A DNA stretch of 64,000 nucleotides from Psilocybe cubensis. Lineage: Eukaryota. Shown here one piece after another: positions 53,089 through 64,000 of the stretch. Positions within the stretch are counted from its first letter, which is position 1; the number at the start of each line of letters is the position of its first letter. The stretch spans positions 1,612,001 to 1,676,000 of the forward strand of contig CM039003.1 of the NCBI GenBank assembly GCA_017499595.2, given 5' to 3'. Made by a program: the position numbers and the translations under genes. The notes under the pieces were generated by a model. It had not been told where the DNA came from, did not search any database, and was given only the letters and a program-made list of their open reading frames with translations.

Positions 53089-53800
53089 ATGTTCGCCAAG
53101 CTCGCCTCTGTTGCCGTCCTCGCCTCTGCCCTCTTCGCAGGAGCTGCTGCCAAGCCTCTGCCAACCAACCGCCTTGGTATGAGACTCGAATTGAGGATGA
53201 ATGCAATCCATTAACTCCATATATTATTTAGACGCCCGTGGCTTCCACTCCTTCAACAACTGGGGAGGAATTTCTTCCTTCAACGGTTTCGATAACTTCT
53301 ACGGCGCTGACAACTTCGTCGGCCACTTCTCCAGCGAGACCGTTGTCGAGCACGAGTCTGAGGTCGTTTGCCACAGCGAGTCTATTGAGATCATCCAACA
53401 GCGTCTCCTCGTAATCCAGGAGATGGCCAAGAGGTTTGTACTTCTTTCCAGAAAGCAAAACATAAGATTAAAATACTAATGACTTTTTAGGATCATCACT
53501 GAGCAAATCTGCGAGGTTGAGACCCAAACTGTTGTCTTCGAACAGTTCCACGCCTCCCTCGGCTCGTTCAGCAGCGACCTCCGCCGCACCTCTGGCCACC
53601 AGGTCGGCTACGACAGCGGCATCTCCAGCCACTTCGGTGACATCGTCTCCTCCGACGACTCGCTGTCCACCGACGACTTCGGCTTCTCCGGCAAGGATCT
53701 TGGAAGCCAATACGTTGTCCCATCTGGCTCCAACTGGAACCCTTCGACCTCCCCTGCCTCCGTCGGCGCCGCCTACAGCGCTGCCCAGGCCGCCATTTAA
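53089..53800 (+). CDS. Small secreted protein of unknown function, copy 2 (tandem paralog)
   Basis: MFAKLASVAVLASALFAGAAA; SFNNWGGISSFNGFDNFYG...VVCHSESIEIIQQRLLVIQEMAKR|IITEQICEVETQTVVFEQF; same intron positions as copy 1. Confidence 0.88.
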
Positions 53801-54625
53801 AGGATTCACGACCTTAGACGGGCTACCCACCAAGGACGACAAGCATTACTTCATTTTCATTTTCGACTTGACGTCTGGGCAACTTTTTGATGATTTTATG
53901 GACTTTTGGGCCGGGCATCATTCTACAGTACTGCTCCGTGGTCGTAATAACTTTTTATACTTGATTTTGAAGACCTTAGATTTTTGAGAATACCATTTTT
54001 TGAATGAGTGACAAACCGGGATAGAAATACAACGAGTGGTTTGAAGAGTCTAGACCTTGAAGTCACCAAACCGAGTTACACTGCTTTCAATGTACTCGTT
54101 GCATCTGTCAGAAGTAATCATGATTATCTTCCAACAGCATGAACCCAACAGCGCCCAAAGGGTTCTTTTATATCATCAGATGGTTTAGTCGAACATCGGA
54201 ACTCAGAAAAATCACTCCCACAAATGGCATGGTATGAGAATTTATACATCCATCATGTTATATCAACACATGGTCGGAAAGTGCTCCGTTAGAGGGGAAT
54301 ACTACACTAAAGCAGGTGCAGAACACGGAAAAAAAAAAGAAAGAAAGAGGGGATTCAAATAGCAACCAAAACATGTACATCCATATCCATGTAAAAAAAT
54401 AGAGGTAAAAAGTAAAGGAGTGAGTTGAAATAGAAAAGTGATGATGACAGCGAAGTCGTGACTATGGATGGGTTCCTCCTTAATGAAGGAACCCAGTAAA
54501 GGGAAGGTGGATGAAAAATAGTATCATCATGTAGATACAGACGTTGGAAAAATTAGAAAATATCACGATCCAGCCTCGTGGATACGATACATACGACAAG
54601 TCCAGACGAAGGAAGAGAAAATATA

Positions 54626-57525
<2,900 letters not shown>

Positions 57526-59219
57526 CAGGGGCGGTGAGGAGGGACGGAGGCTGGGGGGCTCAGCCTGCGGAGCCTGGAAATGGGAGTAGTTGGATTAGAG
57601 GCAAGACAGGATTGAAGGACAGAGAGTCCAGTCAACTGTAACCACTGCGCTAAGGGAAGACTCCGTGATCCACGTGCTTACCAGAGTTATCATTCTAGAC
57701 TGTGACCACATCACTGCACGTCACACTGCCTCCATCTTTCCTTTAACATACCCTTGCATTGTCGCTGGTCTGTGGGTTCCCCTTCATTATCGATGGTTTG
57801 CAGAGCCATTTGTCTAATAGGCTGCTTGTCTCTTTACTTTTGCCCATTGTTGAACTCTAGTCAATCGCGAATGCGTGCTTTTAATGTCCGTCTAGTTCGG
57901 CGGCAACTATCTTGTCCTTGTGAACAACGCACCCATTAAATTGCAGTCAATTCAGACGACCCTAGCGACACCTTTCCATGCTTATATCACGTCTGGCCTC
58001 TTTCTTGCATCGTACTTTAGTACTCAAGTGTCTGGCCAACTCTTCTGAACCGTCCGTCATCCCAGGCTAACCTGATTTAACGGCCAGCAGACGGATACTC
58101 TGCTTTCTGCAATGATCTTCTGTTCATTAGCAAGATAAGCGCTCGTTCCATGACTGGGGAGCTGTTAACGGGAAAAACGGCTGCGTTGCTGAAGGCTCTT
58201 TCTATCCAGATTGTGAAAACATGTCACACTGTCGCTTGTCCGCCAAAAAGAGTTACTGTGCACCAAGACCAAGTGTATTAGTCTGTCATCTCACACAATC
58301 TCTCCTGATGCCAACTACTGCCCGTTATACTCGTCTCTCTGGACCACTTATAAAGAACGAAACGCTAGGGGCTTCCCAGATCCACTGTGATTGAGCTAAT
58401 CGATACAAAGGTCGTGCTGATACCAATGGATTTTGGATACATGCCTCCATGAGCAGCTTTCCCCTTTTCATCAATTGACCGTTGATGTGTTTATTTACAC
58501 TATTTACATTATCTACTTACTTGCTCTTTAGAACAATTAACATTTAGAACACAAATGTTAATTTGTCATCGGTCACTGCCTTAGGTCATTCACGGACTCA
58601 CTTAGGTCTACTTAAGTAGGTAAAGTTTAATACTCATTTTGCCCCTGAATAGTGTGTGTGATATGTGTCTCAAAAGCTACACGAATGTGTACTGATCAAC
58701 TATCTTTCCAACTTTTGGGTTGGCATCTAAATTCAACAATACAATATTTGTCACATTCTAACAAGGGACAGAAGACCAACTCCACGACGAATGTACATCG
58801 GCGATAGTTTTACTGACACTTAATTTCGGTTTAAGAGAGTTCATGGTTGAAATATACTTTTCATGCAACAATCATTTCAAACGTTGGGTTAATGAATCAA
58901 TGAGCGATACAAATTGCACATGAATCTGTTTCGTCAAGAAACATACGGACATTGAATTGATTTTCTTTTTTTCCGCAATTTTTAATTTTTCAACAATCTT
59001 GTACTTCACGAATGATCTCAGAGAGCCAATGATGACCACTCCAAGTTCCATAGCTCTATTCGGTGCCATTCAACTTCAATGTCACATCTGTTGCAACGTT
59101 CCAAGTCGACAGCCTTGAGTGATTCTCATAGATAGCATATTCATCATAGTCGTGTGCAACAAAAAGGAGAATTCGATATGTGATGGTGAATGAACACTCC
59201 TAAAACCTATGTGAGATGA

Positions 59220-60063
59220 TTAAGCGCGAGCCGCCTCAATCCGTCTCCTGGCAACCTGTCGTCTGTTGAGTCCGGCAAGGGTGACAGAGGCAGGGACATC
59301 GGTGGCCTTCTCAACTTCGGTTTCGCTGGCGCTGAGGATGATCTCGACGTGGCAAGGGTGGCCCTGATAAGGGTTAATACGACCGTGGGCGCGGTATGTG
59401 CGGCGGCGGGTTTTCTTGGGGGAGTTTAGGCTGCAAGAAGATTGATAAAATAATAAATGGACGTACGGGAGCCTGTTCCACAACAATGTTTTTGATGGTG
59501 AGATCCTCAACATCGATGTTCTTAGCATCGGCATTTGACTCGGCGTTCTTCAACAGACGAGTGATGAATTTAACAGACTTCTCGGGCCAGCGACCTGAAT
59601 CGAAGGGTTTAAGAGTAAGTCATTACGGAAGAATTATCATGACGCACCTTGGGTGGCCTTGAACTCCTTGGCCTGGCTCGCCCGTCCAACACCACCAGAG
59701 AACCTGCGGAAAGGGATGACTCGCTTGTGGTCCTTGACGTCCGAAAGGTAGGCGTAAGCCTTGGTCAACTTAAGACCTGCAGATATTTCAATCAACCACG
59801 TTCAACCGTACATCAACTCCTTCATACCAGAAAGGGCAGCAGCAACTTCGCGCATGTTCTTGAAGTGCGTGCGGAGGTACTCGCCACGGGCACGGGCGGC
59901 TAAGAATCATCGTCGTCAATATGAGCTTTCTTCATCGTTTCTGCGAGCATGATCTCACTTTTTTCGGGGTTGGTGGCAAGCGCGGCGGCGGCGTAACGAA
60001 CTACATGGAAAGACCTATGGTTATTATTGATTCTTCAGCGGAGGGGCAGCAATACTCACCCAT
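59220..60063 (-). CDS. RPL17: 60S ribosomal protein L17 (uL22)
   Basis: [68 protein letters not shown]. Confidence 0.96.
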
Positions 60064-60950
60064 CTTGAAGTCTTGAAGTTATCGAGCCCAATTTCCAGAG
60101 CCACTATACGTTGGACGGCCATTCCGCGGTGGCTTGAACCTTAATTGTACAGCAGCTGTCGGAGTTTGAACACTAATTTCTCAAAACGTCTTACGTAATC
60201 AAGTCCAACCTAATCTTCCGACCATGTTGTGGACACCGTATCTGTTGCTTATGAACATTTTTATTCTCAATTAATCCCAAAATACACCTCTCCGGTTGGA
60301 ATCATTCCTATTTGTGATCTTCTCTATGATAATACCTGATATCAGCCGGAAGAGTTGAAGCCAAAGAATTTTGTAGTTATTTGACGTGACTGTCTATCAA
60401 GCACTACATTACGATGATCATCAATATTATATATCCAATTAGAGTTTGCTGGCTTTTGACAGTATGCGGCCAACAGCTCGTAACAATGTTTTAGATCGTT
60501 TGGGTAAGTAACACTGTTATTTGGTTAATAAAATGTAGATTTCAAACTCTAGGTTGTATGACGGATGTCGTTTTAAGACGTTGACGACTGAATACATTTG
60601 TTATTCTTCCTGTCCCATGGCGCAAACATGGTTTCAACACACTGCGTCTGTGCGCTTTGCTTCATCAGTGGCACACTGCCTATTTTGGTAAATGTGTATG
60701 TGCTTACCATATTTGGACTTGTCAAGATAGCCAGATATCCTGGGACCTGAACTTTCATAAATTCATGTTGTTCATATTCAAAAATAGTTCACCAATGCTT
60801 GAATCCATCCGCATCGAAAAAGCCTATAAAGTTGCTAGTAACACTGTTTCACATGCCACCGGAATGTTTTTACTCTACATCGACATTTTCACCGTATCTG
60901 TAGTTGTGGGTGCCCCGGCACGTGTCGGCATAGGCGCCCATGGGGATATC

Positions 60951-61039
60951 GGCCTGATGGTCTAGTAGTATGATTCCTTGTTAGGGCGCGTAAACGCATC
61001 GTATCGAGGAGGTCCCGGGTTCAATTCCCGGTTAGGCCC
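60951..61039 (+). tRNA. tRNA-Pro(AGG) with a 17-nt intron after position 37
   Basis: Acceptor GGCCTGA/TTAGGCC, anticodon stem CCTTG-TTAGGG[intron]T-CGAGG, T arm CCGGGTTCAATTCCCGG; oligo-T about 10 nt downstream. Confidence 0.92.
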
Positions 61040-61132
61040 TGAGCGCATATTTTTGGTTCAGTAAGTTGCATCGGGCTTGTTAGAAATCGGAACTCGGAAG
61101 AATGTAAAGACACAAGCGCTTAGCCATTTAAT

Positions 61133-61217
61133 GGCCTGATGGTCTAGTAGTATGATTCCTTGTTAGGGCTCCAACCCATAATCGAGGAGGTCCCGGGTTC
61201 AATTCCCGGTCAGGCCC
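61133..61217 (+). tRNA. tRNA-Pro(AGG) with a 13-nt intron, tandem copy
   Basis: Same exons as the first copy apart from one acceptor-stem base (TCAGGCC); different intron CTCCAACCCATAA. Confidence 0.92.
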
Positions 61218-61232
61218 ACAGTATTCTTTCCT

Positions 61233-61420
61233 TGTTGAAAGGAGAAGCCTTATTAAAGGCATTTTTTAACTGTTGAAAAAGCGTATAGTTGAAACTTGGA
61301 AGTTTTATGACCCTTGGGACTGGTGTTGAAAAGCGGATGGCTGAAGGCCTTATTTTAACAGTGAGATTTCGAAAACAAGCGTATAGTTGACAGTTGGGAA
61401 GTTGTATCACGCTTGGAACT
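61233..61420. repeat. Degenerate tandem duplication with a unit of about 95 bp
   Basis: aagcgtatagttgaaacttggaagttttatgacccttgggact (61279) versus aagcgtatagttgacagttgggaagttgtatcacgcttggaact (61377); both units begin tgttgaaa. Confidence 0.65.
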
Positions 61421-61550
61421 CATGTGTCATTCAAATTATTATTGTACATTATCCTACGCTAGTCCTACAACATCCAAGAATATATGAAAAGATAAATAAC
61501 CGAATCTCCAAGTACATTTGCCACACAACATGCACCAAACAAAAGAGTTC

Positions 61551-64000
61551 TTAGAGCTCTACATCAAATCCGACAATTTTTTGCAAAGGCTCAAGTGTGA
61601 TCATTGGTTGCTCCACCGCCGGCTTAGTTTGGGCTGGGAGGGCGTCTATATCGTCATCTTCGTCCGATTCGTCGCTCTCTGATTGTCCACGAGATTTACC
61701 AGCTCGTCCGAATACACTCATGCGAATCGTGTCAGTCCGCGGCGGTTTATAGGACGGAGAAGGTTTTAGTCTCTTCGCGGCGTCAGAGAGTGCAGCCACT
61801 AGATCTTCATTTAGTTCTTGATTAAAAAGCTCCACAATGTAGCGGCGGACAGGAAGGCGATAACGCTGCGTCGACATTATATGCAAAGCTCTGTAGAACA
61901 TCTCTGGTGAAGAAAATATGGCGCGGGTTTCAGGGCGAGACTTTATTCTACTCGGTCTGACGTTAACATTGATATGTGTAACGGTAAGATTGAACTTACC
62001 TGGCTAATGACCGTGATGCTGCATTGGCGATTACAGTGTTAGCCAGATTCTGGATAGCGGTAATCGTTTCAATCTCTGGTTCAGATATTGGGAGTAGAAG
62101 CCGATTATCGGGTTTACTGGGTGTCGTGGCCTTCCATGGGGGTAACTGCAGACCCTTTCATCAACGAAGTCACAAAGCAAGCGATTAAATTACTTACAAA
62201 GATAAATCTGTCAATGTCGGCTGGAATACAGAGTCCTGTAGGCATCCCAAGAGGAGACAAAGTTGCTTCCCAATTATAATCATCAAGGATTTCAGCACCT
62301 TGAGATGTAGATGAAATAAGGCCCAGGATGAAGAAACACGTTCTAGTGGCTGCGTTAGCAACAGTTAGATATTTCATGGGATCGAACACACCCTCTGACC
62401 GAAGGAATGGGAGAATTTTCTGCAATTTCTAGAATGGCTGGTATGATTTCTTCTTCTTCGCAGAAGTGCAGACCTCCTTCGGTTGCACCCACATTGCCCT
62501 GCATTACGTGAGCATCAATGTGATTAGGAAACATGTATACATACTACTGCCCACAAGATACTCTTCAGCTTGAGAATAAGGTCTACATCTTCGTTTTCGT
62601 GACTGTGATGCTTGATAAATTGTGCAAATTCCGAAAAGTGGCCCTTCTCTTGGAGAACCTGGCACCCGAGTTCGGTCTTGGCCATTTCTCCGTAGAAATG
62701 AGCGGGAACTGTTCCATCAAACTCACTGGGGTATTCTAAGTATTTGTGTTTCAAACCTAATAACAACGGTCGACTCACAGAAGATCATCGGCGTCGTCAG
62801 AGTTTGAAAGATTGAACACCTTTGAAAGAAAGACCTCCACTTCTACAACGTAATCAATGTTGCGTTCCTAATTCAAAATGTAAATTATTAGTCGTTAAAG
62901 AGTACCTTCAACGTCCGCTTACGTTGAACCAAGATTCCATTTCCCGGTCAATATATCCTGCGTCATATAAGTAACGGAAGCCCATAGGTGTAGACATAAA
63001 TCTGAAGTCGTTATAATGAGCAATTTGATGAAATGGTCAAGGGAAACACACACTTCAGCAATAGTCGATGGCCAATGTCGCCTAAATGGTCCATCGTAGG
63101 CTGCATCTCAACCACTAATTGCAGAATTTCTTTCGAGTCACAAGCTTCTTCCAGATACTCTACTGCGAGTTCGCAGACTTCAGGGGCAGGGTCGTACAGT
63201 TGAGTCAGGAGAAGGCGCAATGTCCAAGCGTTTGCATTTGGAGATGATCTGATTAAGGAACCTAGATGCTTCGTCGCATACAATCTGATATGCTGTGCAA
63301 AGATTACAGACTGGCTTTCAGGCGCGAATAAGTGCAAGTACCTTGTAGCTTGAAGTAAGGGCTTTGGATAACACTATCCGAGGATGTCCATCACTGAAGA
63401 AGAGATATGAAGAAGGGACGCTGAACAAGTCCAAGGTTTACGCACATGCTATAATCCAGGTTCTCGATAATGCCTTTAATCAAGTCTTCCCTACTTCTAA
63501 GTTCGCTCAGATGGTAAAATGCGGTAAACACTTTGAATTTCTCCAAAAGCCTTGAAAACAATTCAAACACGGAGCATTTGGGAAACAGGTAGACGTACTC
63601 AATGCCATCTTTAAATTTGCTCAAAGTGCCGAGCATTTCCAGGTAACCATAGGTAAGTGTCTCAGCCACGCGCTTTTTGGAGAAGATTGGATCAGAGTCT
63701 GGTACTCCATTAAACTAATGAATGTGTCAGACAACTTGCCATCTGCAAAGTCAGTGACTTACAGGATCTAGCTGAGCGAAACTCTTGACTATCTGAGTCA
63801 AGAACTGATCTTCTGTTGAAAGATATCTGACACCATCAGGGCTTGCCATTAGAGTTGTTAGCAGGGAGCACCCTAGGCGCACCCAGCGTGTGCTTGCCTT
63901 ACATCATCTTTCAGAATCAAACACAAGTTAGATTTACACAAGCTTACCCGCGTCCTTTTTATGTCGGAGAACCTGTGACTGAAAGGGTGGAAAAAGGACA
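61551..64000 (-). CDS. RICTOR: TORC2 subunit RICTOR/Avo3/Ste20, C-terminal part (5' end beyond the window)
   Basis: HIRLYATKHL, LLLTQLYDPAPEVCELAVEYLEEAC, HFYGEMAKTELGC, LKSILWAV|GNVGATEGGL, RGTCFFILGLISSTSQGAEILDDYNW, YRLPVRRYIVELF. Confidence 0.9.

Noticed and set aside
54470-54494. 8-bp inverted repeat GGGTTCCT...AGGAACCC in the RSP5 3' region
   Set aside because: Too short to distinguish from chance; no eukaryotic terminator role can be assigned.
57600-59200. 1.6-kb gene-free interval between RSP5 and RPL17
   Set aside because: No convincing ORF, snoRNA box pair or repeat structure found by eye.

Overview
Intron-rich eukaryotic genomic DNA from a mushroom-forming basidiomycete (Agaricomycete-like: GT-AG introns of about 50-60 nt, compact intergenic regions). 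About 21 protein-coding genes and two intron-containing tRNA-Pro(AGG) genes can be supported. Most genes are conserved housekeeping genes: RIO1, MSH5, YPK1/Gad8, an ABCB transporter, VAP/Scs2, UFD2, mitoribosomal bL35, a histidine phosphatase, an AN1 zinc-finger protein, EAF7, RSP5, RPL17 and RICTOR. The standout is an accessory block at about 22-39 kb. Its core is a very large secreted GH18 chitinase of the subgroup-C (killer-toxin-like) type. After the catalytic domain it continues through Cys-rich repeats and several dibasic Kex2-like sites into a beta-rich module and a C-terminal domain with an HNH-like EHxxE...LxxxxNxxK signature. It is transcribed head-to-head with a secreted protein of about 10 LysM domains, followed by an orphan cytoplasmic gene, and flanked by an N-terminally anchored Cu/Zn SOD and a secreted SGNH esterase. 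I read this as a candidate chitin-targeted, self-delivering nuclease-toxin locus; this is inference and needs structural confirmation. Other points: an intron-retention switch in the AN1 gene between a CaaX and a non-CaaX C-terminus, and a tandem pair of highly codon-biased small secreted proteins. All exon structures were spliced by eye and boundaries are approximate.
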